From: an uncultured Acidobacteriota bacterium | GTDB lineage: Bacteria > Acidobacteriota > Vicinamibacteria > Vicinamibacterales > UBA2999 | NCBI GenBank assembly: GCA_963814955.1 | Contig: CAWFEX010000011.1 | Span: 192,796-256,795 of the forward strand | Direction of reading: 5' to 3' | Length of the DNA: 64,000 bases | Shown: one piece after another, positions 40,258 to 50,207 of the stretch | How the letters are laid out: the number at the start of each line of letters is the position of its first letter | Position numbering within the stretch: the stretch's first letter is position 1 | Notes under the pieces: model-generated | What the model saw: the letters and a program-made list of their open reading frames with translations, nothing else | The model's database searches: none | Told to the model about the DNA's origin: nothing | Position numbers and translations under genes: made by a program

Positions 40258-41223
40258 CTACTTGATGAGGCCGAGCTCGGTCAAGAGCTTGATATAGAGC
40301 TCATTGGTGGTTGCAAGCACCTGTCCGAACTCTTTCGATCCCACGAAGCGCGGTTCGTCCCTGAAACGATCAGGGTACTCACGCTTCCACTCGTCGCTCT
40401 CGGCGACCTTGCGCAGCGCGTCCTCCCAGAACGTTACCGCCTCAGCGGGCGTGTCGGGCGGCATTACCACCCCGCGAAGCTGCACGTGCTCGATGTTGTA
40501 GCCGAGCTGCTTGAACGACGGAGTGTCGGCGAGCGATTGCAGCCGCTCCGGCGTGCTCACCGCGACGGGACGGAGCGTACCGGCTTCGATCTGCGGCAGC
40601 ACCTCACCAGGGTTGCCCAGCATGAAATCGATGTGTCCGCCAAGCACCGCTGTCATGACCTCGCCTTCACCATCGAAAGGGACGGTGTCGATCGTCACGC
40701 CTGTGGCGTTCTGAAGCATGCGGGCAAGCAGCACCGGATCCGAGACCACGCCGACGGTCCCGGTCGTCAACCGTCTTGCCTTTTTCACGTCCTCGAAGGA
40801 TTTGATCGGCGAGGCCGCTCGAACGGCCATGATGTACGGCGACATCGCGATCGCCGCCACCGGAGTGAAATTCTTGTACGTCACCTCCGAGGCGCCAAGC
40901 AGCGGGGTGGTAAAGAAGCTTACGCTCACCGTCGCCAGCGTGTACGGATTGCCCGCCTGCTTCGCGACGTAGGTATACCCGATCGCGCCGCTGCTGCCTG
41001 GCCGGTTCTCGACGAGCAGGTTCACAGGAACGAGCTTCAACTCCCGAATGACGTTCGCAATGGTGCGACTGAGGACGTCGCTGCCTCCTCCCGCTCCGAA
41101 CGGCACAATCATGGTGACGTCGCGCGAAGGGTACGACGCGGCCGCATCGCGCGAACCCTCGCGGCTGCAGCCCGCGACTGCAAGAGCGAGAACGATTCCG
41201 AGGATGACCTGGGTATTGCGCAT
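40258..41223 (-). CDS. tctC: Tripartite tricarboxylate transporter substrate-binding protein (Bug/TctC family)
   Basis: Lipoprotein-like signal (LALAVAGCS), YPSRDVTMIVPFGAGGGSD and NRPGSSGAIG motifs. Confidence 0.85.
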   Translation of the reverse strand: MRNTQVILGIVLALAVAGCSREGSRDAAASYPSRDVTMIVPFGAGGGSDVLSRTIANVIRELKLVPVNLLVENRPGSSGAIGYTYVAKQAGNPYTLATVSVSFFTTPLLGASEVTYKNFTPVAAIAMSPYIMAVRAASPIKSFEDVKKARRLTTGTVGVVSDPVLLARMLQNATGVTIDTVPFDGEGEVMTAVLGGHIDFMLGNPGEVLPQIEAGTLRPVAVSTPERLQSLADTPSFKQLGYNIEHVQLRGVVMPPDTPAEAVTFWEDALRKVAESDEWKREYPDRFRDEPRFVGSKEFGQVLATTNELYIKLLTELGLIK

Positions 41224-42395
41224 TATCTGGACTCCTTCGCCACGTCCTCGCGAAGCAGGTAGCCGTGGCTGTCGCGTCCTTCGAAAAGGCTCTGACGCGG
41301 ATCGGTAATCCGCGCCTCACGAAGCGCGTCGTAGTTCGGAGTGAAGCCAAGTCCTGGACCGCCCGGGATGGTGAGTCGGCCGTCAACCGGATCCGGCGTT
41401 CCGTAGAAGAAGTGTTTGCCGGTCATCCACATGCCGTAATGGAATTCCACCGGGCCGCCGTTCATCAGTCCGCAGAGATGGTGCATGTTGAAAATCGGCC
41501 AGCCGCCGCCGTTTGCCATGGGCAGATTGAAGGCCTGGGCCATGTGCGCCACCTTGAGCGTTTCGGTGATGCCGCCGTTGTAAATTGCATTCGGCTGAAT
41601 CACGTCGACCGCGTGGTTGGCGATGAGCTCGCGGTAACGCCAGCGGTGGCCTTCCATCTGACCGGCGGCAACCGGAATGGACGTCTGTCGCCGGAAATCC
41701 GCAAGTGCCCGGGCGTCGTTCTGCTGAATGGGCTCCTCGAACCAGAGAATGTTGCAATCCTCGACGCCGCGCGCGAGCAGCCTGGCGTCGTGCGGATTGA
41801 ACCAGCAGTTCGCGTCAATCATCAAGTCGATGTCAGGTCCAATCGCCTCGCGCGCCGCCCGCACCCGCCGCACATCGTCTTTCCAGGTGCGGGAGGGTTC
41901 GCCGCCTACGACCATCTTCAACATCTTGTGACCGTCCGCCACGAATTTCCTGCCGTATTCGGCGAGCTGTTTCTCGTCGAAAAAGGGATATCCGAACGTG
42001 GCGTACATGGGCGCCCAGTTCCGGTAACCGCCGACCAGCTCGTGAATCGAGCGATTCTCCTTCTTCCCGCGGATATCCCACAGCGCGACGTCCACCGCGG
42101 ACAGCGCGTTCGAGATCACCCCGGTATAAGTGCGGCTGTTCAGCTTTCTCCAGACATGCGAATGGATCTCCTCTGTATAAAGCACATCGCGCCCCTGGAG
42201 TGCCGGCGCAAGGTGGTGCTCGATGCACGCCATCACGGCCCAGGGAAGGATCGAACCGGTGATGCCAAAGCCCTTCAGCCCTTCGTCTGTCTCGACTTCC
42301 ACGAATACGAACATCCGGCTTTCGATCGACTTGCCGATATTCGGCAGGTCGATTTCGTGCCGATGCAGCGAGGCAGAAATCTTTCCGATCTTCAT
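41223..42395 (-). CDS. Enolase-superfamily enzyme (mandelate racemase/muconate lactonizing family)
   Basis: Start MKIGKISASL. Metal ligands occur in the DANCWF, WFEEP and DVIQPN contexts. It heads the tctCBA operon. Confidence 0.85.
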   Translation of the reverse strand: MKIGKISASLHRHEIDLPNIGKSIESRMFVFVEVETDEGLKGFGITGSILPWAVMACIEHHLAPALQGRDVLYTEEIHSHVWRKLNSRTYTGVISNALSAVDVALWDIRGKKENRSIHELVGGYRNWAPMYATFGYPFFDEKQLAEYGRKFVADGHKMLKMVVGGEPSRTWKDDVRRVRAAREAIGPDIDLMIDANCWFNPHDARLLARGVEDCNILWFEEPIQQNDARALADFRRQTSIPVAAGQMEGHRWRYRELIANHAVDVIQPNAIYNGGITETLKVAHMAQAFNLPMANGGGWPIFNMHHLCGLMNGGPVEFHYGMWMTGKHFFYGTPDPVDGRLTIPGGPGLGFTPNYDALREARITDPRQSLFEGRDSHGYLLREDVAKESR

Positions 42396-42508
42396 CCATG
42401 TCACTCCGTTCTGAGCGGAAGGTGAGCTGCCGTTGCGCGACCCGGACCGCCGGCCGTTATCGTATATGATGGCCACCGATGGACGAACGCTCGAAGAGAG
42501 GACCGTCA

Positions 42509-43537
42509 ATGATGAAGAAGGCGCTGATTGGACTGATTGTCGTGGCGTGCGTAACCGGCGTCATGCAGGCGCAGGGTCGCCAGGGAGGCGGCCGCGGACG
42601 TGGCGCGCAGGAGGAGAGATTCCCCACGCCGCAGCAGTTCGCTGCGTCCAAGCAGACGCAGCAGCACATTGCGACTGCGATGAAGATCGCGCGGAACGAT
42701 CTGGTGACAGAAGCGAAGGCGTTCTGCACGCCCACCGGACCGCAGCGTCCCGCGCTGGCACGGCAGGCCGCCGGCCTCGCCCCGGAGCCCGACCGGCTTC
42801 TCGAGCCGATCCGAATGTTCGAAAACCTCTACTATGTCGGCTTCAGCGATGTCGGCGCGTGGGTGATCCCGACCAGCGACGGAATCATCCTGTTCGACGC
42901 CCTCAATAACGCCGACGAAGGTCGGGATGTGCTGGTAGGCGGGTTGAAAAAGGTCGGTCTCGACCCCGCGCAAATCAAGTATCTGATCATCGGCCACGGA
43001 CACAACGACCATACAGGCGGCGGAGTCTATATCCAGAACACCTACAAGCCGCGGATCCTCATGGGTGGGCCGGACTGGAACACGGTTGTCGCCGGCGAGC
43101 GGCCGGACCGCCCTGTGATGAAGCGTGACATGGATGTGACCGATGGCCAGAAGCTCACGCTCGGCGACACCACTGTCACGCTGATGTTGACCCCGGGGCA
43201 CACGCCTGGAACCATCGCAATGCTGATGCCGGTCAAGCATCAGGGCCGTACTCACACCGCGCTGATCCTGAGCGGAACCCAGATGCCGACACGCGCGTCG
43301 CTTGCGACCTTCGAGCACGTCTTCAACGACTTTGCGAAAAAGCAGAACGCCGAAACCGCGATCGGCTCACACCCGGACATCCTCGTGAACAAACTTCCCG
43401 CGATGGAAGCGCTCGGCCGGCAATATCCCACTGGACCGCATCCGTTCCTCATGGGCCCCGAGCGGTTCGGCCGTTACCTTGACATCGTGCTCGAGTGCGG
43501 CAGGGCGAGACTTGCGGCGTTAGACTCGAGTTCATAG
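42509..43537 (+). CDS. Secreted MBL-fold metallo-hydrolase
   Basis: Signal MMKKALIGLIVVACV, HGHNDHTGG (HxHxDH), and TPGHTPG. Confidence 0.8.
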   Translation: MMKKALIGLIVVACVTGVMQAQGRQGGGRGRGAQEERFPTPQQFAASKQTQQHIATAMKIARNDLVTEAKAFCTPTGPQRPALARQAAGLAPEPDRLLEPIRMFENLYYVGFSDVGAWVIPTSDGIILFDALNNADEGRDVLVGGLKKVGLDPAQIKYLIIGHGHNDHTGGGVYIQNTYKPRILMGGPDWNTVVAGERPDRPVMKRDMDVTDGQKLTLGDTTVTLMLTPGHTPGTIAMLMPVKHQGRTHTALILSGTQMPTRASLATFEHVFNDFAKKQNAETAIGSHPDILVNKLPAMEALGRQYPTGPHPFLMGPERFGRYLDIVLECGRARLAALDSSS

Positions 43538-43597
43538 CAAGGCAAGTTACAGAGGCACAGAGGCACAGAGAAAACGAACAGGCTCTCTGTCTCGACA

Positions 43598-43963
43598 ATG
43601 AGATATCTGGTTACGGCCCTCCTCAAACCCGGACGCCGCAAGGCGCTGCAGCGCGCCGTGGACGAGGGGTCGCTCGGCCACGGTTCGGTTGCGGGTGGTG
43701 AATATCTCCGCGATATGGAGCACGCGCGCGAGCTGCCGGACGGCCGCGTCCGCTGGGTGGAGGTCTGCTTCTGCTCCACACCGCTGGCCGAAGAACGGCC
43801 GTACTGGGAGGAGTATTTCGAGCTGCTTCAAGTGAAGGACGCTCACGCGCGCAGCCGGTGCCGCGACGCCAATGGCGACGAGCCGTGGGCGTGTTGCGAC
43901 TGCGATTGCACCGAGCGCCTCGAGCGGTGGCTCTCGAGGCAGGGGCAGCCATTTCAACCCTGA
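43598..43963 (+). CDS. Conserved hypothetical protein
   Basis: 121-aa ORF with the Cys-rich motifs VEVCFCSTPL and PWACCDCDC. The family is not named. Confidence 0.5.
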   Translation: MRYLVTALLKPGRRKALQRAVDEGSLGHGSVAGGEYLRDMEHARELPDGRVRWVEVCFCSTPLAEERPYWEEYFELLQVKDAHARSRCRDANGDEPWACCDCDCTERLERWLSRQGQPFQP

Positions 43964-44027
43964 CGATCGACCTTTTCGGGAGCCCGGCAATGGAAACAGC
44001 CGGCCGGTCGATCGCCACCCGAAGTTC

Positions 44028-45110
44028 GTGAAAGTCACCGGGCGCACAGTCGCAGCGATCGCTATCGTCCTGCTCGCGCTTGTCGCTGCATGGGCGCCGA
44101 TGGCGCCTTCGCTCGTCGAGGACTGGTTTTCAACCAGCACGTATCCCGCCATCCAGCGGACGGTCACGCCGCTCTCGAACTACGCTCCCGTTGCACTGCT
44201 GGATATTCTGATCATCGCGGCCGTCCTCGCAATTGCCGTGGCGTTTACTCATGCCGTGCGAACCGCTCGCGCCGGCCGGCGGCTGCCCTCGCTTTTGGTT
44301 TTTGTCGGCCGCCTCACGGTCGGCGTCGCGACGGGCTACCTCGCGTTTCTCCTGCTGTGGGGGCTCAACTACCGGCGCGTCCCGATGGAGCAGCGCTTGT
44401 CTGTCGCGCCCGGATCGCCCGCTTCCGACGCGGTCGTTCAACTTGGCGTGATGGCCGTGGCCCAGCTCAACGCGCTTCACGACGAGGCGCATGGATCGGG
44501 TTGGCGGCAACCGCTGGATGATCCGTCGCTGTTACGCGCGTACGGAGAAATCCAGCACGTATTGAGCGATGCCCGACCGGCCGAGCCAGGCAGGTTGAAG
44601 CGCTCGATGCTCGGTCCCTACTTCCGATGGACCAGCGTGGACGGCATGATCAACCCGTTCGGCCTGGAAGTGCTGGTGAATCCCGACCTCCTGCCATACG
44701 AGCGCCCTTTCGTCGCCGCGCACGAGTGGGCCCACCTGGCGGGCTATGCCGACGAGTCCGAAGCGAGCTTCGTGGGATGGCTGACGTGCCTGCGGGCGGA
44801 CGCCGCGGCACAGTACAGCGGATGGCTCGCGCTGTACTGGCAGGTGAGCGGGGAAGTCGATCGGACGGAACGCTCGACGATCGATCGGGCGCTCGGAGAA
44901 GGTCCGAGACGCGACATCAACGCGATCGTCGCCCGCATTCGCCGGAGCGAACAGCCGTGGCTGCGGAATGCCGGCTGGCGCGTGTACGACCAATACCTCA
45001 AGGCCAACCGCGTGGAGGAGGGCATCCGGAGCTACGGCACTGTCCTGACGCTTATTTTGCGGGCCCGCTTCGACGAGGGTTGGACTCCGATCCGGCGCGA
45101 CGCGCCTTAG
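44028..45110 (+). CDS. DUF3810-like membrane-associated putative zinc peptidase
   Basis: N-terminal TM helices and FVAAHEWAHLAGYADESEASF (HExxH-like HEWAH). A GTG start at 44028 is proposed, because the track start overlaps the previous gene. Confidence 0.65.
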   Translation: MKVTGRTVAAIAIVLLALVAAWAPMAPSLVEDWFSTSTYPAIQRTVTPLSNYAPVALLDILIIAAVLAIAVAFTHAVRTARAGRRLPSLLVFVGRLTVGVATGYLAFLLLWGLNYRRVPMEQRLSVAPGSPASDAVVQLGVMAVAQLNALHDEAHGSGWRQPLDDPSLLRAYGEIQHVLSDARPAEPGRLKRSMLGPYFRWTSVDGMINPFGLEVLVNPDLLPYERPFVAAHEWAHLAGYADESEASFVGWLTCLRADAAAQYSGWLALYWQVSGEVDRTERSTIDRALGEGPRRDINAIVARIRRSEQPWLRNAGWRVYDQYLKANRVEEGIRSYGTVLTLILRARFDEGWTPIRRDAP

Positions 45111-45267
45111 CACCATCGTTCGCACGGTTTGTGACCCGTTGTTCCGTGGAATGAGGGTCGGGACGCCGCTGCCGCTGCCGTTCGCGAGCTATCTCATCGG
45201 GCGCCAGTCGTCCGGCCTGCATGTAACGATCTCTGTTTGCCTTGTTCTGTTTGCTCATGTTGTTTTT

Positions 45268-45377
45268 GAGGTCCGGCTAAAGCCGGACACTACGTACCTA
45301 AGGACTGAGGTCCGCCTCAAGCCGGACACTACGTACCCTAAAGACTGAGGTCCGCCTCAAGCCGGACATTACGTACG
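45268..45377. repeat. Tandem hairpin REP, three copies, period about 40 bp
   Basis: Three copies of gaggtccgSctMaagccggacaYtacgtac at 45268-45298, 45307-45337 and 45347-45377. Stem TCCGSCT/AGCCGGA. Confidence 0.85.
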
Positions 45378-45391
45378 CTCCACGCATTGCT

Positions 45392-46545
45392 CTATATCCG
45401 AAAGCGCAGAATCGCGCCGACCCCGCCAACACCCTCCAGGAGTGCCGGATCCTCGATAAAGCGCGTCCTGGCAGCATTCTGCTGCGCGCGTGCCACCAGC
45501 TCGCCTGCGAGCTTGATGCGGTCCGGGTCGAGTGCCGCTTGCGGTGCCGTCGTGTCTACCTCAATCGGGCCTGGAGGTGAATCCGGAGGCAGGCTGTTGA
45601 TGCGTTGAAGGCCCTCGGGGCGGGCGGTAATCAACAGCTCCTCGACCTGACCCTTCGCCAGCGCGTCGAGCGTCGCCTCCGGACCAGTGACGGCGAGTCC
45701 CCCCGCGGACCACGCGTCGATCATGGCCGCAACGCGCTCGGCGTCCGATTCCGCATCGCGTTGCCTGAGCGCGTCCAGCGTTTCCGCCAGTACGTGTGCT
45801 CCGGCGTATTGAGGGCGAGATGCAGCACGTCGATCACTTTCTCGGCCAGGTGTTTTGGAAGCTGATCCATGAGCACCGGCCGCGCCGTGTCGTCGGCGGC
45901 GACGACGATGCGATCGATCGCCTCGCCTCGGACGACGCGGTCGAGAACGGCCACGACCTCCTTCATGTGGTGCAGGTGAAAATTCTCAGAGTGGCGCTGG
46001 TATCGCGCCTGCGACGATCCGCCTGCCGCGCTCCGCCGTGTCTTGGTGTTTGTAACCTCCGCGTGTGCGTCACGACGGCCCAGCCGAAACACGAACAGAC
46101 GCGCCGAGTTCGTATCCACGAGCAGCGCGGCGTAAGCGGGGTACTGATCGTTTATGCGCGCGAGCGGATAGAAGTGGGGGACCGAGCCGATGAACAGCGA
46201 GTGGTGTGTGAACGGCGCGGGGAGCTGGCATGCGTCGAAAAACCCGTCGGCGGCCGAGCACGCAAACAACGCGAGGCCGTGCACCGACGCGGGAACCTCG
46301 CGCGCCAGGTATTCGCGGATACGTTCGACGTCGCGATCGAAGCTCTTTCGTGCGTCGCCGTGGAAGGAGCGGCTGCGCTCCGGGAACACTTTGCGCAGGA
46401 ATATTTCATGAGTGCGCCGGCCGTTATGGTCGGGCCGCATGTCGAGATACAGGCTCAAAACGGGCCAGTCGGTCGGTTCGAAGTCAGCGAGCCTGTCGAG
46501 CTGACTCCGTAGAGGGGTCGCGGTCGCAAGGGTAGTCTTGGGCAT
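45392..46545 (-). CDS. Bacterial eRF1/Vms1-like (baeRF1-type) release-factor homologue, frameshifted
   Basis: Three-domain eRF1-like layout. The loop RRSAAGGSSQARYQRH sits where GGQ is expected. The C-terminal domain (ORF 45392-45724) joins if one base is restored near 45797 (EH..VLAETLDALRQRD). Confidence 0.6.
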
Positions 46546-46577
46546 ACCCGAGCTGTCGCAAGGCGTGTGCCTGGAAT

Positions 46578-47646
46578 TCAACCGCGAGATTCGTCAATTG
46601 CCTCTGTATATCGCACGGACGCCCGACGGAGGCGATCGCGTATCGCTCGCCATAGGCCTGCGTTGTCTGAAAAATCCCTCACGAGGATGACGTCAAGTCC
46701 TGCTGCGTCCAGCTCGCGGAGGGCCGAATACAGTCGGGCCGCAATCGCCTCCACATCGGCTCCCGATCCAAGCTCGGCGATGACAACGGGCAGATCGCCG
46801 AACAGGCGCGCGTCTTCCGTGCGTCACAAGGACACCGACGCGCTTGCCGGCTGCAAGGGCCTCACGAACCCCGTCTTCGAGCGAGGTGGCGGCTGACTCG
46901 GCAACGTGGGGATACAACGTCATCGGCGTGCGGGGGGAATAGTGCTGCGGCAACAGCCCCGGTGAACGCATCGCACTGGCATCGCTCGCAATGGCTGTCG
47001 CCCCGACCCGCACGTCGGGAATGACCTCTCTGAGCGCCTCGATTCCAACGGCGCCCGGTCTCAGCACTGTGGGCGGCACGCTCGTGAGATCGAGCACAGT
47101 GGATTCCACGCCGACGTCGGTCGGGCCCCCGTCGAGCACCATGTCGATCCGGCCGTTCAGGTCCTCCAGAACATGCGACGCCCGAGTGGGGCTGGGTCGC
47201 GAGAACCGATTGGCGCTTGGAGCCGCAACGGGCAGGCCGGAAGCCGTCAGCAACGCGTGTGCAATCGGATGAGCCGGAATCCTGATCGCGACCGTATCGA
47301 GGCCGGCGGTAACTTCGGAGGGCACAGCCGACGAGCGGTGCACGACGAGCGTCAGCGGACCCGGCCAGAATCGCTGGGCCAGCGTGACGGCGATCGGAGG
47401 CACTTCGGAAGCCAGCTGTCTTGCGTCATCAAAGCGCGCGACATGGACGATGAGCGGATCGTTGGAGGGCCGTCCCTTCGCCTCGAACAGCCGGCGAACG
47501 GCGGCGCGATCGAGCGCATGGACACCAAGGCCGTACACCGTTTCGGTGGGGAAGGCGACCAGCCCGCCCCGACGAAGGCAGTCGGCCGCCCTGGAGATAA
47601 CCTCCCGGTCAATGTGCTGCCGGTCGACGTGAACAACTTCAGTCAC
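46578..47646 (-). CDS. tsaC: L-threonylcarbamoyladenylate synthase (Sua5/YwlC long form), frameshifted
   Basis: GGLVAFPTETVYGLG and KGRPSNDPLIVHV motifs. The Sua5 C-terminal domain continues as EDARLFGDLPVVIAELG... after an extra G near 46817. Confidence 0.85.
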
Positions 47647-47669
47647 ACTCTGTAGGGTAATCTGTCATC

Positions 47670-48224
47670 GTGCAGCTCGGGCTCCCATTCGAACAGGAAG
47701 CTCCCGACCAGTTTTATTTCGTACGCCACAAACGCGCTCGGCGCTATGTGATGCGCGTCGACAACGAGGGCCGCGTCCGCATCACCATTCCACGCGGCGG
47801 CTCACGGAAGGAAGCAACGGCATTTGGGATGCGGCACCTCGAGTGGATCGCGAGCGAGCGGGCTCGAGTCCCGTTGACGCCGGTAAGTGCGACGGAGCAG
47901 GTGAAGCTGCGCCGACGGGCGTCAATCGAGCTGCGGGAACGGCTGCTGGAGCTTGCCGCGCGTCACGGGCTTTCCGTTTCGCGCATCAGCATCCGCGATC
48001 AGCGCGCGCGATGGGGATCCTGCGGGCCCGACGGTCATATCTGTCTGAACTGGCGGCTCCTCCTGATGCCGCCGTCGGTGCGGGACTACGTCCTCGTTCA
48101 CGAACTGATGCATCTGCGCCGGATGGACCATTCGAGCCGGTACTGGAAGCTCGTAGCCGACGCCTGTCCCGATTACAGGACGGCACGGCGATGGCTCCGC
48201 GAACACGGCCGCTCGCTGCGGTGA
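47670..48224 (+). CDS. YgjP-like (DUF45/M48-type) metal-dependent hydrolase
   Basis: HELMHLRRMDHS zinc motif and RARWGSC. 184 aa. Confidence 0.8.
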   Translation: MQLGLPFEQEAPDQFYFVRHKRARRYVMRVDNEGRVRITIPRGGSRKEATAFGMRHLEWIASERARVPLTPVSATEQVKLRRRASIELRERLLELAARHGLSVSRISIRDQRARWGSCGPDGHICLNWRLLLMPPSVRDYVLVHELMHLRRMDHSSRYWKLVADACPDYRTARRWLREHGRSLR

Positions 48225-48281
48225 CGTCGCGGGCAACGTGCCGCAACACCGCTAGGTTGTCGCGCGGGCGTTTGGTAGGCT

Positions 48282-48791
48282 TTGACTATGGAGAGCCGCC
48301 GCCAGCTCTTCGCCATAATCGGGGCAGCCCTGGGCCTGACACCGCTGGTCGCCTGGCTCGGCCGTTTTCCGTCTGCCGCTGACAGCGGGACGACTCGCAA
48401 CTTCGCCGTCACAAAGACGGACCAGGAATGGCGTGCGACGCTGACTCGCGAAGAGTACCGCGTGTTGCGTGAGCATGACACGGAGCGAGCGTTCAGCAGT
48501 CCGCTCGATCATGAAACACGCCGCGGCACGTTCATCTGCGCCGCATGTGGAAACCCGCTCTACTCCTCCGGCACGAAATACGACAGCGGAACCGGTTGGC
48601 CAAGTTTCTGGTCGCCACTGGAGAACGCGGTTGGAACGTCGATCGATCGGAGCTTCTTCATGGTACGGACCGAAGTCCATTGTGCTCGCTGCGGCGGCCA
48701 TCTCGGTCATGTCTTTTCCGACGGACCGAAGCCAACGGGCCAGCGGTACTGCATGAACGGAGCGGCGATGAAGTTCGTTCCAGACGCCTGA
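48282..48791 (+). CDS. msrB: Peptide-methionine (R)-S-oxide reductase, exported
   Basis: Tat-like RRQLFAIIGAALG signal, the CAACGNPL and CARCGGHLGHVF zinc CxxC pairs, and catalytic RYCMNG. Confidence 0.9.
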   Translation: MTMESRRQLFAIIGAALGLTPLVAWLGRFPSAADSGTTRNFAVTKTDQEWRATLTREEYRVLREHDTERAFSSPLDHETRRGTFICAACGNPLYSSGTKYDSGTGWPSFWSPLENAVGTSIDRSFFMVRTEVHCARCGGHLGHVFSDGPKPTGQRYCMNGAAMKFVPDA

Positions 48792-48809
48792 CAACAAGGA
48801 CGCGGTGCC

Positions 48810-49472
48810 ATGCATCCACAACGCTTGATCCTCATCGCCGCCCTGGGCATCGCCGTCGGTTACGTGTGGCTGACGGGCGGATTCGTCGGCATCATGGACA
48901 TGTCGGCGCAGAGCACGCCGCCGCCTGCCGTCTCTGAAGTGGAACGGCAGGGACAGGCGGTCGCGACATTTGCATCAGGCTGTTTCTGGTGCACTGAAGC
49001 TGATTTCGACAAGGTCCGCGGAGTGATCTCCACCACGTCCGGCTATACGGGTGGCAAGGTCCCTAACCCGACGTACAGGCAGGTCTCGAGCGGATCAACG
49101 GGTCACGCTGAGGCCGTGCGCGTCGTCTTCGATCCGGCCGTCGTCAGCTACGAGCAACTGCTCGAAAGTTTCTGGCACAACGTCGACCCGTTCGTGGCCA
49201 ACCGGCAGTTTTGCGACGTCGGCAACCAGTACCGCCCTGAAATCTTCTTTCACAACGATGCACAGCGCGTCGCCGCTGAAGCATCGAAGGCACGGATGGA
49301 GAAGCAGTTCGGAGAAAAGATCGTGGTGGCGATCACGGCCGCCGGACCGTTTTATCCCGCCGAGGAGTATCACCAGGACTACTACAAGAAGAACTCCGCA
49401 CAGTACCGGTTTTACCGGTTCGGGTGCGGTCGCGACCGGCGTCTGCAGGAAATCTGGTCCCGCGCCCGCTGA
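48810..49472 (+). CDS. msrA: Peptide-methionine (S)-S-oxide reductase
   Basis: Active-site GCFWC, GYTGG and GHAEAV motifs. Confidence 0.9.
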   Translation: MHPQRLILIAALGIAVGYVWLTGGFVGIMDMSAQSTPPPAVSEVERQGQAVATFASGCFWCTEADFDKVRGVISTTSGYTGGKVPNPTYRQVSSGSTGHAEAVRVVFDPAVVSYEQLLESFWHNVDPFVANRQFCDVGNQYRPEIFFHNDAQRVAAEASKARMEKQFGEKIVVAITAAGPFYPAEEYHQDYYKKNSAQYRFYRFGCGRDRRLQEIWSRAR

Positions 49473-49483
49473 CTGCGCCGGGA

Positions 49484-49518
49484 GGGTCAGACCGGGGTCA
49501 GACCCGGGTCTGACCCCG
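49484..49518. repeat. Triple GGGTCWGACCC palindromic unit (intergenic copy)
   Basis: gggtcagacc ggggtcagaccc gggtctgacccc lies 12 nt after the msrA stop. A degenerate single unit is at 49608-49620. Confidence 0.8.
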
Positions 49519-49752
49519 GTCCACTACCAAGATTGTTCGCCCGTGTGCGGTCTTCGCACATATCTGTGCACCGCCGGCCCGCGGTGTGTCTGTCCCGCCC
49601 GGACGCTGAGGGTCAGACGCCCAACGTAAGCTCTATCAGTTCAATAATTTGACAACGCTTGTGGCACACGTGCGCGCGCGATGCGCAGGGTGGTGATGCT
49701 CTTGCTATGACAAGACCGTTCCGGCCTTGTCGGCAGGGACCTCAATATCCAC

Positions 49753-50207
49753 ATGCAGGCCGAACGTCCTCATATCTTCGTCGTTGACGACGACCGCGCG
49801 GTGCTGTCACTCGTGGGCACGAACGTCAGCTGCCTCGAAGTGCTGCGGGCGCTCCGGACCGTCAGCCCGCAGTGCGAGGCCGTTCTGACCACTGGCTACC
49901 AGAGCGTGGAGGCTGCGGTGGAGGCTCTGAAGCAGAGCCTCACACGACTTGCGTCAGAAGTACTTCATCCAGCGCGGAGGGCGCCCCCAATCCGCAAGTC
50001 CCGGCATCCCTTCTCGAGGTTGAACGGGACCACATCATCCGCACGCTGGAGCTTGTCGGGGGGAACAAGGCAGGCGCGGCACGGTTGCTGGGTATGAGCC
50101 GGCGTGCGTTGTACCGCCTGTTAGAGCGGCATGGATTACACCAGCGTGCCCGATCCGCACGGACCGGGAGTGTGTCGAAACCCCGATGGACCGGACATCG
50201 TGACTGA
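49753..50207 (+). pseudogene. Remnant of an NtrC/ActR-type response regulator (partial REC plus Fis-type HTH)
   Basis: MQAERPHIFVVDDDRAVLSL is followed directly by the distal REC part (CLEVLRALR...AVLTTGYQSVEAAVEALKQ). The phospho-acceptor region is missing. LLEVERDHIIRTLELVGGNKAGAARLLGMSRRALYRLLERHG lies in another frame. Confidence 0.5.

Noticed and set aside
45052-45258. 68-aa basic ORF (MSKQNKANRDRYMQAGRL...) as a small regulatory protein gene
   Set aside because: It has no recognisable domain, its C-terminal third overlaps the DUF3810 gene on the other strand, and that overlapping part is Arg/Ser/Pro-rich. Coding status cannot be supported from sequence alone.
45268-45377. Possible CRISPR array (regularly spaced repeats)
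   Set aside because: There are only three copies. The 'spacers' are 8-9 nt and themselves similar (TAAGGACT / CTAAAGACT), and no cas genes are present. This is a tandem REP, not CRISPR. No other CRISPR-like array was seen in the window.
49662-49677. TGGCAC-N5 sequence upstream of the NtrC-like remnant as a sigma-54 promoter
   Set aside because: The -12 element is CGCG rather than TTGC(A/T), and its GC dinucleotide is one position out of register. A single TGGCAC hexamer is expected by chance in DNA of this composition.
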